Positions 9,348-21,023 are shown, numbered from the stretch's first letter. The stretch is DNA of 64,000 bases from an uncultured Verrucomicrobiae bacterium (GCA_963719495.1 CAVRCI010000015.1:96001-160000), one strand, 5' to 3'. A program made the numbers and translations. The notes: a model not told the origin generated them from the sequence alone.

Positions 9348-12300
9348 AACGCATTTTACCCCACCCCGCCCGCGAAGAGCGCCCGACCATGTGGCGCAGT
9401 CTGAGCGAACTCGAAAACCGCCCCGACTTTGCCGAAGCCTTGGGACGTGAATTTCCCCGCGGAGCCGACGTCTACGAAGACAGCGGGCTGTCGAAACGCG
9501 ATTTTCTCAAGCTCATGGGGGCCTCGATGGCGCTCGCCGGCGTGGGTCTCAGCGGCTGCCGACGGCCCGAGTCGTTCATCGTTCCGCTCACCGAGGGCGT
9601 CGAGTGGACCATCCCGGGGAAATTTCTCTACTACGCGACGTCGATGCCGACCCGCCTCGGAGCGATCCCGCTGATCGCGACGACCTCCGACGGACGCCCC
9701 ACCAAGCTGGAGGGCAATCCGCTGCATCCCTACAGCAACGGCGGCACGGACGCGTTCGCCCAGGCGAGTATCCTCGACCTCTACGACCCGAATCGTTCGA
9801 AGGAAATCAAGCGGGACGGAGCCGTGGTCGGAGCCGACAAGCTCGCCGAATACCTCGCGAAGATCAGCCAGCAGAGCGGCGAAGGTCTCGCCATCCTCGC
9901 CGACGGTCAGCAGAGCCCGACCCGGGCGCGGCTCCGGGACGAATTGCTCGCCAAATACTCCGGCGCGATCTGGGCGGAATACGAGCCGCTCGGCGCTTCG
10001 GAGTCCGCCGCCGCGGTCGAGGCTTCCTTCGGAGCGAACGTCCGAGTCGTCCCGAATTTTGCGGAAGCCGACGTGATTCTTGCGCTCGATAGCGATTTTC
10101 TGAATCCCAGCGGCGTGGGTCCCGCTTACGCCCGGGACTTCTACACCCGCCGCCAGCCGGACGGCAACGAGATGAACCGTCTCTACGTGGTCGAGAATCA
10201 CTACTCGAACACGGGCGGTCTCGCGGATCACCGCCTGCGTCTGCGGGCTTCCGACATCGGAGCCTTCGCCGCCGCGCTGGCCGCGAAGGTCGGAGCCGAG
10301 GGGGGCACCGCTTTTGCCGCGCCGAGTGCTTCGCTGAACGAGGAATGGATCGACGGGGTCGCCAAGGATCTGCTCGCCCACAAGGGAAAATCCATCGTCC
10401 TGGTCGGACCGGACCAGCCCGCCGCCGTCCAGGCTCTCGGGATGGCGATCAACCAGGCCCTCGGCAACGTCGGCACGACGGTCAAGGCCATCCAGACTCC
10501 GCCCGCCGAGATCTCGTCGATCGCGGATGTCGCGGAGGCCATCCGCCAGGCGAAAGTGCGCAATTTGATCATCCTCGGCGGCAATCCCGTCTACGACGCA
10601 CCGGCCGACCTCGGGTTCGACCAGCTCGTCACCCAAGTCCCGAGCACGCTCCACCTTTCCCTCTTCGCCGACGAGACGTCGCAAGCCTGCGAGTGGTCCG
10701 TTCCCGCGACCCACTACCTCGAGGCTTGGGGCGACAGTTGGACGTTCGATGGAACCCACTCGTCGGTCCAGCCGATGATCATGCCGCTGTATGAAGGGAT
10801 TTCGCAGCTGGAAGTGCTGGCCCAGCTCCTCGGTCAGCCACGACCCGTGGGTCCGGAACTCGTCCGCAAAACGTTCGAAGACAAGACGGGGCAATCCGGC
10901 GAGGCGCTGGAATCGGCTTGGAACGAATTCCTCCGCTCCGGTTTCGTCGCCGACACCGCGTTCTCCGAAGCACCGCTGAGCTTCAACGCCGGTGCGGCTC
11001 AAGCAATCCCCTTCACGCAGCAAGAAGCGGGCGACATGGAGGTCGTCTTTCTCCAAAGCTCGAGCGTCGACGACGGTCGCTACGCCAACAACGCGTGGCT
11101 CCAGGAGACACCGGATTTCGAAACGAAACTCACCTGGGATAACGCCGCACTCGTCAGCCCGAAGACCGCCAAGGAACTCGGGATCAAGGACGGAGCGCTC
11201 CTCGAAGTGTCCTCCGCTGGCAAGATGATGACCGCCGCCGCGCTGATCGCGCCCGGTCACGCCGACCGCTCGCTCTCCATCGCGCTCGGCTACGGCCGCA
11301 CGAAGGTCTCCCACCTCATCGACAACGTCGGTTTCAACGCCTACCCGTTGCGCACCACCGGCGGGCTTCGCTTCCAGCCCGTCTCTTCGGTCAAGCTGGC
11401 CGGCGGCAAACTCTACGAATTCGCCCGCCCGCAGGAGGCCCGCGTCATGGAAGGTCGCGACCTCTTCCGCGAGGGAACGCTCGAGCGTTACGAAGAAAAT
11501 CCCGCCTTCGCGAAGACCATCGGGATGGACAGCCACATCCCGGAAGAACATTCCATCTACAAAAATCCCTACTTCGAAGGCGAGGGCACACCGCTCGAAC
11601 CCCAGCAGTGGGCGATGACGGTCGATCTGAACGTTTGCGATGGTTGCAACGCCTGCGTCGTGGCCTGCCAGTCGGAGAATAACGTCCCGGTCGTCGGCAA
11701 GGATCAGGTCATCAAAGGCCGGGACATGGCTTGGATTCGGATCGACCGTTACTTCGCGAATCCCTTGGATCTCAAGGACAAGAAGGGCGAACTCGCCGAC
11801 GATCCCGAGATGGTCGCGGAGGCGATCATGTGCCAGCACTGCGAAAACGCCCCGTGCGAAACGGTCTGCCCGGTCAACGCGACCGTTCACAGCGAAGACG
11901 GTCTCAATTTGATGACCTACAATCGCTGCATCGGCACCCGCTACTGCGCAAACAACTGCCCGTGGAAGGTCCGGCGCTTTAATTTCTTCGACTACAACGA
12001 GCGTCCCATCGACGAACTCTACTGGGGACCGCTGGCCAAGGAAGGCATGGCGGAAAGCCTCAAAATGTCGAAAAATCCGAACGTCACGGTCCGCATGCGT
12101 GGAGTCATGGAAAAATGCACGTTCTGCGTCCAGCGGATCGAAGAGGCCAAGATCGCCCGGACCGTCAAGGCGGGCGCGTCGAACAAATACGAGACGCCGA
12201 TCGCACCGTTCAAGACGGCCTGTCAGGCCGCTTGCCCGTCGGAAGCCATCGTCTTCGGCAACATGAACGATCCGACCCAGCGAATCCACCAGACGCGCCA

Positions 12301-12571
12301 GGATCCGCGGGGATTCGAGATGTTGAAATACCTCAACGTGCGCCCGAGGGTCACCTACCTGGCCCGCATCAAGAACCCGAACATGGCCATGCCGGGCGCC
12401 GCTCTCGTCGGCAACATCAATTCCCCGGATTACCACGGTCATCACGACGACCACGGGGCCGATCACGCCGACGCGGGACACCTCGAGACCGGAGCCGCCC
12501 ACGGCGCTGATGGCGGGGCGCCCGTCGCTCCTCACACCCAACCGGAAGGCGTCGCTCCCGCGACCCACTGA
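9344..12571 (+). CDS. actB: Alternative complex III subunit ActB (molybdopterin-oxidoreductase-like + 4Fe-4S domain)
   Basis: [29 protein letters not shown]; Fe-S motifs [38 protein letters not shown] overlap with actA. Confidence 0.9.
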   Translation: MKRILPHPAREERPTMWRSLSELENRPDFAEALGREFPRGADVYEDSGLSKRDFLKLMGASMALAGVGLSGCRRPESFIVPLTEGVEWTIPGKFLYYATSMPTRLGAIPLIATTSDGRPTKLEGNPLHPYSNGGTDAFAQASILDLYDPNRSKEIKRDGAVVGADKLAEYLAKISQQSGEGLAILADGQQSPTRARLRDELLAKYSGAIWAEYEPLGASESAAAVEASFGANVRVVPNFAEADVILALDSDFLNPSGVGPAYARDFYTRRQPDGNEMNRLYVVENHYSNTGGLADHRLRLRASDIGAFAAALAAKVGAEGGTAFAAPSASLNEEWIDGVAKDLLAHKGKSIVLVGPDQPAAVQALGMAINQALGNVGTTVKAIQTPPAEISSIADVAEAIRQAKVRNLIILGGNPVYDAPADLGFDQLVTQVPSTLHLSLFADETSQACEWSVPATHYLEAWGDSWTFDGTHSSVQPMIMPLYEGISQLEVLAQLLGQPRPVGPELVRKTFEDKTGQSGEALESAWNEFLRSGFVADTAFSEAPLSFNAGAAQAIPFTQQEAGDMEVVFLQSSSVDDGRYANNAWLQETPDFETKLTWDNAALVSPKTAKELGIKDGALLEVSSAGKMMTAAALIAPGHADRSLSIALGYGRTKVSHLIDNVGFNAYPLRTTGGLRFQPVSSVKLAGGKLYEFARPQEARVMEGRDLFREGTLERYEENPAFAKTIGMDSHIPEEHSIYKNPYFEGEGTPLEPQQWAMTVDLNVCDGCNACVVACQSENNVPVVGKDQVIKGRDMAWIRIDRYFANPLDLKDKKGELADDPEMVAEAIMCQHCENAPCETVCPVNATVHSEDGLNLMTYNRCIGTRYCANNCPWKVRRFNFFDYNERPIDELYWGPLAKEGMAESLKMSKNPNVTVRMRGVMEKCTFCVQRIEEAKIARTVKAGASNKYETPIAPFKTACQAACPSEAIVFGNMNDPTQRIHQTRQDPRGFEMLKYLNVRPRVTYLARIKNPNMAMPGAALVGNINSPDYHGHHDDHGADHADAGHLETGAAHGADGGAPVAPHTQPEGVAPATH

Positions 12572-12582
12572 TCAAGCTCACC

Positions 12583-14037
12583 ATGGCCGAAACCACCGCC
12601 GACACCTTCCACCCCGATCACGAGAGGCAGATCACCCGCCAGCCGCTGGTTCTCAACCAGCGCACCATGGGCTGGATCAGCAACTACATCTCTTCGATCA
12701 TCGAGGATAAGACCCCGAAGTGGTGGTATATCTCGATGGCCGTGACCGTGCCCGTGATGCTCATGTGCTTCGCGATGCTGGCCTACCTCATCGCCACCGG
12801 CGTCGGCGTTTGGGGCAACAACCATCCGGTCGGCTGGGCGTGGGACATCACGAACTTCGTGTTCTGGATCGGTATCGGCCACGCCGGAACGCTCATCTCT
12901 GCGATTTTGTTCCTCACCCGCCAGAAGTGGCGGACCTCCATCAACCGGGCGGCGGAAGCGATGACGCTCTTCGCCGTCGTTTGCGCCGGCCTCTACCCGG
13001 CGCTGCACGTCGGTCGCGTCTGGATGGTGTGGTTCCTCGCCCCGGTGCCAAACGCGAACGCCATCTGGCAGAATTTCCGGAGTCCCCTCCTCTGGGACGT
13101 CTTCGCGGTCTCGACCTACTTCACCGTCTCGATTCTCTTCTGGTACACCGGTCTCATCCCCGATCTCGCGACCATCCGCGACCGCTGCACGACGAAGATC
13201 AAGCGCTTCATCTACGGCTTTCTGGCACTCGGCTGGCGCGGCGGCAACCGCCAATGGCGTCACTACGAGATGGCCTACCTCGTCCTCGCCGGCATCTCCA
13301 CGCCACTCGTGCTCTCGGTGCATTCCGTCGTCTCGTTCGATTTCGCGACGTCGATCGTCCCCGGCTGGCACACCACCATCTTCCCGCCATACTTCGTCGC
13401 GGGAGCCATTTTCGGTGGCTTCGCCATGGTGCTCACGCTCATGATCCCCGCCGCGCAGATCTGGCCGGCCCTCAAAGACATGATCACCCCGGGTCACATC
13501 GACAAGATGTGCAAGATCATCCTGCTGACCGGTTCGATCGTCGGCTACGCCTACCTGATGGAGCTCTTCATCGCCTGGTACGGAGCGAATCCCTACGAGC
13601 GCGCGGCGTTCTGGTATCGGGCGACCGGTGACGGAGCCTGGTATTTCTACGCCCCGATGATGTTCTGCAACGTCGTCGCACCGCAGCTCTTCTGGTTCAA
13701 GTGGTTCCGGACAAACCTGATCGCGGTCTGGATCCTCGTCCAATTCCCGAACGCTGGCATGTGGTTCGAGCGATTCGTCATCATCGGAACGACCCTTCAG
13801 CACGACTTCCTGCCGAGTGCCTGGCAGCTCTTCCACCCGACCATCGTCGACATCTGCACGTTCATCGGAACGTTCGGGCTTTTCCTCACCTTGTTCCTGC
13901 TCTTCATCCGTTTCCTGCCGATGATCTGTATGTTCGAAGTCAAGGCCGTCCTGCCCGAAGCCGATCCGCACTACGACGGGGATCTGGAACAGACGCCCGG
14001 TGGAGGTCAGCCAACCGTGTCACCAACAGCCCACTAA
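12583..14037 (+). CDS. actC: Alternative complex III NrfD/PsrC-family subunit ActC
   Basis: [58 protein letters not shown]. Confidence 0.92.
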   Translation: MAETTADTFHPDHERQITRQPLVLNQRTMGWISNYISSIIEDKTPKWWYISMAVTVPVMLMCFAMLAYLIATGVGVWGNNHPVGWAWDITNFVFWIGIGHAGTLISAILFLTRQKWRTSINRAAEAMTLFAVVCAGLYPALHVGRVWMVWFLAPVPNANAIWQNFRSPLLWDVFAVSTYFTVSILFWYTGLIPDLATIRDRCTTKIKRFIYGFLALGWRGGNRQWRHYEMAYLVLAGISTPLVLSVHSVVSFDFATSIVPGWHTTIFPPYFVAGAIFGGFAMVLTLMIPAAQIWPALKDMITPGHIDKMCKIILLTGSIVGYAYLMELFIAWYGANPYERAAFWYRATGDGAWYFYAPMMFCNVVAPQLFWFKWFRTNLIAVWILVQFPNAGMWFERFVIIGTTLQHDFLPSAWQLFHPTIVDICTFIGTFGLFLTLFLLFIRFLPMICMFEVKAVLPEADPHYDGDLEQTPGGGQPTVSPTAH

Positions 14038-14634
14038 ATGAGCGCCACCACGATCACCGCCCCGCCGACCGTCGAGAAAGCCGGCGATCCGAACGCTCCA
14101 ATCTTCGCGATGGGCGCCGAGTTCACCAGCGCCCGCGACCTTTACCACGCCGCCGAGCAGGTCCGCGACGCCGGCTACAAACGCTGGGACGTCTACAGCC
14201 CATTTCCGATTCACGGGATGGATGACGCCATGGGCCTCAAACGCTCGTTCCTCGCGCAGCTCGTCTTCCTCGGTGGTCTCGCAGGGTTTCTGACCGCCAT
14301 CGCGCTCCAATTCTACCCATCCTCGATCCTTTATCCGCTCGTCGTGGCCGGAAAGCCCGTCGACATCATGACCGTTCCGGCGTTCTTCCCCGTCATGTTC
14401 GAGCTCACGATCCTGCTGTCGGCCTTTACCGCCGTCTTCGGAATGCTGATCCTCAACGGACTCCCCCGCTGGAACCACCCGTTGTTCAACTGGGATCGGT
14501 TCCGAAAGGTGACCGAAGACAAATTCTACGTCTGCATCGAAAGCCGAGACCCCCAATTCAGCGAGCGCGGCACCCGCGACCTCCTAGCCAAGCTAGGCGG
14601 CACCGAGATCACGATCGTCTACGAAGACGAGTAG
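14038..14634 (+). CDS. actD: Alternative complex III subunit ActD (DUF3341)
   Basis: DVYSPFPIHGMDDAMG, PVMFELTIL; abuts actC. Confidence 0.9.
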   Translation: MSATTITAPPTVEKAGDPNAPIFAMGAEFTSARDLYHAAEQVRDAGYKRWDVYSPFPIHGMDDAMGLKRSFLAQLVFLGGLAGFLTAIALQFYPSSILYPLVVAGKPVDIMTVPAFFPVMFELTILLSAFTAVFGMLILNGLPRWNHPLFNWDRFRKVTEDKFYVCIESRDPQFSERGTRDLLAKLGGTEITIVYEDE

Positions 14635-14798
14635 GGCAGTGTAACTTTTTCGGAGCGGATGCGGTGATGGCTGTGAGCGCTGACCGGTGTTTGTTAGGGT
14701 CAATGGAGTGGCACGCTCTCGATAAAAATTAATTGATGGCCTGAAAAGGGGCGCGCTGGCTCATAGGGGTTATCTGCGCATTGATGGGGGCGCAATAA

Positions 14799-14949
14799 CC
14801 TAAATCCGGGAATGGACAGGATTTACAGGATTGAAAGGATTGAATTTCCGTGACGTCGAATCACATCTCCGCCAATCACTGGGTGATCGATCCCTGCCTC
14901 GGAAGTCATTCCCAACCAATCCTGTGAATCCTGTCTGATTTTCCTTTTC
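14799..14949 (+). repeat. About 150-bp MITE-like dispersed element, copy 1 (ACAGGATTTACAGGAT...ATCCTGTGAATCCTGT)
   Basis: Aligns over most of its length with the reverse complements of 27701-27848 and 30187-30339. Confidence 0.75.
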
Positions 14950-15051
14950 GGGGTTAACGGCGGAATCGGATTGGATATTGATCTGGATTGATCTTCCACC
15001 TCTCAGTATCGAAATTGGGAAGGTCTTGAGCCTTCCCCCTAGACCCTAAAC

Positions 15052-15080
15052 GAAAAACGGGGCGGAAGGATCCGCCCCGC
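15052..15080 (-). terminator. Rho-independent terminator of the PEP-CTERM gene
   Basis: Minus strand CGGGGCGGA-TCCT-TCCGCCCCG-TTTTT. Confidence 0.7.
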
Positions 15081-15109
15081 TCTGTTCAAATTTTTGTTGA
15101 TTTGATGAA

Positions 15110-15871
15110 TCAAGTTGTGACCTTGCGGCGTCTCCGGATCGCGAAGAGCGTCGCCAAGCCGCTAACGGCCAGAAGAGCGACAGTGCCGGGTTCTGGGACG
15201 GCGGTGGCGTTGATTCGCAGGAGCGGATCACCGGGGTCGAAGGTGTTGCCGACGCCGGAGTGGGTCGCCTCGACTGTGGAGTCAATTCCGCCAAGGATGA
15301 TGCTGAACTCGGAGTTGCCGTTAATGGCATTGAGCAGAGTTGTCTGCGCCATGCCCGAGAGGGACAGGCTGTAGGTGATCGTCTCGCCTCCCGACAAACC
15401 GTCCGCGATGGCGGAGAACTGCTGCTGGCCGAGCGAGATTGGTTGATTGCTTCCGAACTGCGCAGGATCGATTCCGGCCGTGAAGTTCGGATCGAAGAAT
15501 AATCCGGCGTAACTGCTCGCCGGAATCGTGGTGAGGAAGAATTCGATGATTCCGTCGGTTGTGAAGCTGCGGTCGTTATAAGTGAGGTCGAGTTCAATGC
15601 TGTCGATCGAAGCGAGCAAGTTACCGAAGTCGCCGCCGGCGTCGAACCGGAATTCTGCGATTCCATATTCCTCGAACCCGGACCCATCGTTGCCCCCACC
15701 GTAGAAGTCGCTGTTTCCTAATGGGCCACTGTCGTGAATCGCGTCGCTGAGCGTGGCGATCTTCGATGATTCAATCGCACTTGCAGCACCGATCGTGAGA
15801 CCGCAGACGAGAGTCGAAATCGCGCTGATTGTTTCGAGGCGTTTTCTGAAGGGTATGTTTTTTTTCTTCAT
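15110..15871 (-). CDS. PEP-CTERM sorting-domain surface protein
   Basis: Signal peptide; C-terminal VPEPGTVALLAVSGLATLFAIRRRRK. Confidence 0.92.
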   Translation of the reverse strand: MKKKNIPFRKRLETISAISTLVCGLTIGAASAIESSKIATLSDAIHDSGPLGNSDFYGGGNDGSGFEEYGIAEFRFDAGGDFGNLLASIDSIELDLTYNDRSFTTDGIIEFFLTTIPASSYAGLFFDPNFTAGIDPAQFGSNQPISLGQQQFSAIADGLSGGETITYSLSLSGMAQTTLLNAINGNSEFSIILGGIDSTVEATHSGVGNTFDPGDPLLRINATAVPEPGTVALLAVSGLATLFAIRRRRKVTT

Positions 15872-16011
15872 GTCACGCTTACGAGAGCAATTGTCAGGCC
15901 GAGTTTAAAGACGCGTAATGAAAAAAATCATTAACAACTTCAATCTATTTCAAGCGATATTTTAAGCGGTATGCGGACGTCCATTTGAGCGGATTCCATG
16001 GATCGTGCGGC

Positions 16012-16270
16012 GTAAGCGTCACGTGAAGCGCCACTTGACCGGGTAGTCATAGATGTCGTTGGCGGAGCCAACGACATCTATGAATTAGGCAGCGCATTCG
16101 AGCGGGGCAGGCTGGTAGGCGGCGGCCCAAGCGGCGGGAGTGATGTCCTTGATCTGCCAGTTGGTCATCAACGGTAAGTGCGTGTGGACATCGCGAAGAT
16201 AGTCGAAGGGATTGATCTCACGGAGCCGCCAGCTCTCGATGATGGTGAAGAAATTATCTGATCGCCGATA
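16012..16270 (-). mobile_element. IS66-family remnant (TnpC C-terminal fragment plus terminal inverted repeat)
   Basis: Minus frame ending at 16085 reads ..FTIIESWRLREINPFDYLRDVHTHLPLMTNWQIKDITPAAWA.., like the IS66 transposase C-terminus; GTAAGCG.. end motif at 16012; 16-bp perfect hairpin at 16048-16082. Confidence 0.7.
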
Positions 16271-16688
16271 GCCGTGGATTAGATGGCATTTTCAACGGGG
16301 TTTTTGTCGATTTCGACGGTTTCAGGAACGAGGCAGGTTTGCAGATCGGCCGTCCCGCCGCTTGCGCGACACTCGCGCCCGACCATCCGAGTCGACCTTG
16401 AAAATCTCAGGGTCCCCGCTCACTTCCATAGGTTCCATATTGCCCGGTTTGACATTTACGGCGGAGTAAACCGATCGTAGCGAAAATACCGATAGCGCTG
16501 CGCCAAGCTTCTCGGGAACGGTCCGGGCGGTCCGCTTTGGGTTGATTCTGACATATCCCGCGAAACCCACTAAGACTGACTAAATTGATCCTGATCCTCT
16601 GATACCCCGAATTTCCTGCAATGGGGAATGGCTCAGAATGTATTCTAACAGCTCACGGGACACCATCCAGTTCCCTTTTCGAAAAGCT

Positions 16689-17366
16689 CTACCATTTGTA
16701 GACGTAGTCAGCTGCGGAGACGTAGTTAATCTCGTTCGCTGAATTTCGATAAAAAATCAATATCCAATTATCGTTGTCCTGGGTCTGAAAAGAGCCGATC
16801 CGCTTCCCGCCATCGAAAATGCCAAGCGGAGCCTGAACTGAAATCTCTACGGGTTCACCTGATCTGAGCGTCTGGACAACACCACCTCTGGGGTTTGGTT
16901 TTTCGTCGCGTGGCTCTGAAGCGAACATCAGTTCAACTGGAGTGGGTTCTCCGACATACACTACTCTGATCAGCGAAGCAGACTCTTTTGACGAAGCTGG
17001 AATAGAAGCTAGGGCGATTTGTTTCCTCGGGAGTCCCGACTCGTCAAGGGAGTCCTGATCGAGTACTAAATGGCCTACCAAAATTGGCGATTGATCGGCG
17101 GTCAGCGGAAGCTCGGTCTCCTTCGAAAACTCACCGTTTTCGACAGTGACTTTTACTGAGCTGCCGTCGAAACCTAATCCCCCGGCATTGAAGCCAAGTG
17201 CAAACGGCTCACCAATAGCTTTCCCATTCACTTTAAGCACGGTGGGCAGATCGGTTGCTATTGCGTTGACGAACGAAAAATACCTGGGTTCGGATTGTGA
17301 AGACGCTGTTATGACACATAGGCTCGCAGCAATAGGAATTGCGAGGAGAAGATTAATCCGATTCAT
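16689..17366 (-). CDS. Exported hypothetical protein, coupled to the Verru_Chthon cassette
   Basis: Signal peptide MNRINLLLAIPIAASLCVITASS; beta-rich sequence; start overlaps the 3' end of cassette protein A. Confidence 0.7.
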   Translation of the reverse strand: MNRINLLLAIPIAASLCVITASSQSEPRYFSFVNAIATDLPTVLKVNGKAIGEPFALGFNAGGLGFDGSSVKVTVENGEFSKETELPLTADQSPILVGHLVLDQDSLDESGLPRKQIALASIPASSKESASLIRVVYVGEPTPVELMFASEPRDEKPNPRGGVVQTLRSGEPVEISVQAPLGIFDGGKRIGSFQTQDNDNWILIFYRNSANEINYVSAADYVYKW

Positions 17367-20127
17367 ACAGGGTGCGGGTTTGAAGTGATGATATTTCTGA
17401 GGTGGCGGGATCACGAACGGGCTCCAGAAAGACATCCACAGTTGACCTCTGCGTGGCCACGGGAATGCCGTCCGAGTTTACCGCCTGACCGATGATGTGT
17501 ATCCGAAAGTTTCGTGAGCGGACCGTTGTCAGGTCATAAATCTGACGGAGATACTCTTCGGCCTCGGCATCTCTCCAAACCGTAGGTCGGTCAGCGGGAT
17601 TCTTCCACGATGCTGGATTACCCCAGATGAATTCCGCCGAAGCGCTTATCGGTGGTGCTAAGAGTCGACCCGCAAGTTCATGTTCGGAATAGAAGGGGCG
17701 GTTCGCGATGACGGCATCTGCGAAAACGTCTCCGTCTTCTCGGTCCGTTGAATTCACTGCCGTCGTCGGGCCGTAGATAGTCGCCGGATTACTCTCGGCG
17801 TTGTAGGGTTCGGACGTAGCAGTTCTCGTATACTCGGGGCGGTTCATCTGGATGCCAGCTCCGAGGCTTCTCAGCACTTCTCGGGTAGCTGTGTTGATGT
17901 TAACCAATCCCTTGGTTGATCTGGTCTCTTCGGTCGCGAATATTCCTAAAAGATCCGTGGCTTTCGCTCGAGCGGTAAAACGATCCGCGAAAGGAGTGTC
18001 AAACCGCTCAAATTCTTTCTTTCCGATTCGAAGCGACAGACCTCCGCCGAAGTGTCCGCTGCCAGGCGATGAACTTGAATCAATTTTGCTGAGCTTCGTT
18101 TTGACGGAACTGTCCAAGTTCGTTTGAGACTCTTGTCCTGGATACTGCTGCCACAAGGCGGGATCGTAGAGGTGGCCGAGCTCAGTGATTGAGCGATAGT
18201 TCGAATCTGGGTAGTTGGCGATGTGTGATGGGGCATATCTAGGATTCGAAGCCGTGGGTTGGACGGAAGTCGGAATCGTATTTCCATTTCCAACGAATCT
18301 GCCTGGGGCATCGTCGAATCCAGGATCAGCCCAATAGGATGGTTTCACCTCACCGTAGGTTTTTCCTTGAAGGCCTTGTCGAATCGTCCGGCCGCCGACA
18401 ACAGCTCGCGTGTGGTAGGCGCTTTCGTCTTGAGCTGCGCGAATGTAGTAGGCCGCACGCGGATCACCCGGATTACCGTTAATGTATCCGCTGCCGTTGT
18501 CGGGTTTGTAAATGAGTCCAGGGATGGCAGCGTTCCAGTCCGTGTTGTTGTTTGGGGCAGCGTCCGCTGAATAATCGAACGCGCTGTTATAACCAAACAC
18601 GCTCGCTCCAGGTTTGTCTACGAGCAGGAAATCTCCACCTCCCGCCAAATCCCTCCAGAATGCCATGTATTTACCGGTGCGCGTCTCTGGAACAGACACT
18701 CTGCTTCCTGGTGCGCTCGAAGTCGTCACGACATAGGTCGACGAGGCGGCTTCGAAGATCTGCTTCTGATTTGGTCCAAGTGAGACATCTTGTGGATTGA
18801 GAACGGTTGTCTCGGTGACGTTGTCTCCGGGAGTTCCAAAATTTAGGACAGTCCCGCCAACCGAACCGATGTAGCCGCTACGCCCTTCAAACCGCATTGT
18901 GCCCTCTGCCGTCTTATCGGATGGATTCCAGATTTCAACGAAGTGCCTGATTGTGAAGGTAGCTGAACTCGGAGATCGACCGGTATATGCAGTCATCATA
19001 AACCATTGTGTCACAAAAGGAAATGAATCGATGCCTCTATAAGTCGAGCCGTCAGTTGTTGTCTGTCCATCCGAGTCTGCGTAGTCGACCATATTCGCCG
19101 CCAAATTTTGCAAATAGGTTGTCGGGGCCATTCCTCCGCTTCGGACTGTCGCGAAATCTGGTAAATTCGTCGAGATCGCCGAACTGATTGTATTCACGGC
19201 GTCGGAGCCGGATATTGAGTCGTTTAGCGAAATCTTAGGCTCCCCCTCGTTGACGAATCCAAATCCTGTCGGTATGACCGCACGCTCTTCGGTCTCAAAT
19301 CCCAGGCCGGGGTAGAGGTGGAGCCGGGGGTCTTTTGACTCTGCGAGTGAAGCGTCTGTTTCATTTACGACTTGAAGAGTCGTCGCAGGAGTGAGAATGA
19401 TCGCTCGATCTTCCAAAACATCTTTGGCTTCGCTTTGGCCGTCATCAGACCTGGCTTTCCGATCGAACAGAGAATAAAGAGCTGCGTCGGAGCGTGCATC
19501 AACGTCCCCAAGGGTCTCGGCTCGAACATGTTTGCCCGCATTTTTTAAATTGCCCGCTACCTTGAGGTCGAGGTGTCCCTGCAGATCCTCGATCCAGTAT
19601 GCGAACCTTCCAACCTCGTCACCATCCGCATTATCAATCGGAACCCAGCGAACTGAGGGATTTTGGTTCGAGTAGTAATCGGTCTGATAGGACGGGAGAT
19701 CGATCTCTGCTGAATCTGGAAAATCAGGAGAAGAAATCAACGCTTGGTCTGGGAGTACGCCGGGAGGTTGTGGCGGAATTTGTCGATTTGCCCCGCTGAC
19801 AAGCGGAACATATTCCACCGTTCCGGCAGATGTCCTTTTCGAAATAAAATAGGTAGGCGGAGCCGCATTTATCGATGACGTGTAGTTCGTTTGAACGACC
19901 GAGTAGTCGTCGGTGCGCGTGCCTGTATTTGCCAGAAGCTCGAGTGCGTGTGCGCGACCGGCGGAAGTAGCAAGATCGGCTTGAAGAATGTTCCGGTAAC
20001 TTCGAGCGGTTTTCCGTTCGACGCTCATGCTTTGCAGAAAGGCCGTTACGATTATGGTTAAAACAACCACTGCGAGAAGGGTTGAGATAAGCGCGGATGC
20101 GGATTCGTATCTTCGGGAGCGGAACAT
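17353..20127 (-). CDS. Verru_Chthon cassette protein A-like (PilX/GspK-like large subunit)
   Basis: ASALISTLLAVVVLTIIVTAFL N-terminus; GRFAYWIED, VNINTATREVL, LTTVRSRNFRIHIIGQ. Confidence 0.75.
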   Translation of the reverse strand: MFRSRRYESASALISTLLAVVVLTIIVTAFLQSMSVERKTARSYRNILQADLATSAGRAHALELLANTGTRTDDYSVVQTNYTSSINAAPPTYFISKRTSAGTVEYVPLVSGANRQIPPQPPGVLPDQALISSPDFPDSAEIDLPSYQTDYYSNQNPSVRWVPIDNADGDEVGRFAYWIEDLQGHLDLKVAGNLKNAGKHVRAETLGDVDARSDAALYSLFDRKARSDDGQSEAKDVLEDRAIILTPATTLQVVNETDASLAESKDPRLHLYPGLGFETEERAVIPTGFGFVNEGEPKISLNDSISGSDAVNTISSAISTNLPDFATVRSGGMAPTTYLQNLAANMVDYADSDGQTTTDGSTYRGIDSFPFVTQWFMMTAYTGRSPSSATFTIRHFVEIWNPSDKTAEGTMRFEGRSGYIGSVGGTVLNFGTPGDNVTETTVLNPQDVSLGPNQKQIFEAASSTYVVTTSSAPGSRVSVPETRTGKYMAFWRDLAGGGDFLLVDKPGASVFGYNSAFDYSADAAPNNNTDWNAAIPGLIYKPDNGSGYINGNPGDPRAAYYIRAAQDESAYHTRAVVGGRTIRQGLQGKTYGEVKPSYWADPGFDDAPGRFVGNGNTIPTSVQPTASNPRYAPSHIANYPDSNYRSITELGHLYDPALWQQYPGQESQTNLDSSVKTKLSKIDSSSSPGSGHFGGGLSLRIGKKEFERFDTPFADRFTARAKATDLLGIFATEETRSTKGLVNINTATREVLRSLGAGIQMNRPEYTRTATSEPYNAESNPATIYGPTTAVNSTDREDGDVFADAVIANRPFYSEHELAGRLLAPPISASAEFIWGNPASWKNPADRPTVWRDAEAEEYLRQIYDLTTVRSRNFRIHIIGQAVNSDGIPVATQRSTVDVFLEPVRDPATSEISSLQTRTLYESD

Positions 20128-20131
20128 ATGT

Positions 20132-21016
20132 CTAGGGTTGAATGGTGGCGGCGTTTGCTGCCGTGCCGGCGGGCAGAAAAACACGAGTTGAGAAAGAGCG
20201 TGCGTTCTCAAGATACGTCGGAGTTTTGTCAGCAATTTCTTTTTTCCAGAGGGCTTGATCATCACCCCATCGATCGGCCGTGTCCTCGTTGACCGCAATG
20301 ATTAATATGTCCAGCGCATCGGGAAACGGAGTGTCGTTGTTCTGGGTAAATGGTTGGCCTGGTCGGACGGGATCACCCAACGCGTTCGTAAGTTGAATCG
20401 GCTCGATCTGGAATCTAACGATGTTTCTGGCAACCAGTTCGGCACCGGCCGGCGGAAGTGTTGCCGGATTGCCGTCTTTTAGAAGTGGATTCGTGCCTGC
20501 CTTCAATGCATCGAAAGTGTCGTCGCTGTTAACAATGTTGCGGTAAAGATTCAACGATGCGGTCCCCGTCGTCGACACCCGTCCCCAAGCAAGAAAATAC
20601 CCAACCGCGCAAAGGTCGCTTTTGGCTAGAGCGGCGGAACCTGACGAGATGGGCTGGGAGTCCTCGGCCAACAACGTCATGAAAAACAGAGCGTCACCAA
20701 TGTCGCCCTTGGCGGGTGATGCAACCAGCGCATCGAGCTCGGTATCCTCGACCGCGACCCTGAAAAATGCTTCATTTGGAGCGGCGTAAAGATTTTCCAA
20801 ATCTGCCCCGATCAAATTGAGTGCCGCCCGCGCTTCACGGTAACTGTCCACACGACGTTCGCTCTCCCGCCAGAGTCGAGTTGCCCCATCGACCATTGAA
20901 AGAAGGATGACGAGGAGCACCGTCAGCACCGACATAGCAACGAGAAGTTCGATTAGCGAAAAACCATCTGCGCTCGGGTTACAGAGCCGACGATCGCCGA
21001 ATGAATTTGCTTTCAT
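20132..21016 (-). CDS. Verru_Chthon cassette protein C-like (PilW/GspJ-like prepilin)
   Basis: GFSLIELLVAMSVL prepilin cleavage motif; W..SE.RVDSYREARAAL; SDLCAVGY. Confidence 0.8.
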   Translation of the reverse strand: MKANSFGDRRLCNPSADGFSLIELLVAMSVLTVLLVILLSMVDGATRLWRESERRVDSYREARAALNLIGADLENLYAAPNEAFFRVAVEDTELDALVASPAKGDIGDALFFMTLLAEDSQPISSGSAALAKSDLCAVGYFLAWGRVSTTGTASLNLYRNIVNSDDTFDALKAGTNPLLKDGNPATLPPAGAELVARNIVRFQIEPIQLTNALGDPVRPGQPFTQNNDTPFPDALDILIIAVNEDTADRWGDDQALWKKEIADKTPTYLENARSFSTRVFLPAGTAANAATIQP

Positions 21017-21023
21017 TCGCAAG

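Noticed and set aside
14709..14724. Sigma54-like TGGCACG downstream of actD
   Set aside because: No GC at the -12 position and no downstream gene on that strand
16283..16570. Short ORFs between the IS66 scar and the cassette
   Set aside because: No motifs or clear translation signals; probably non-coding or decayed sequence
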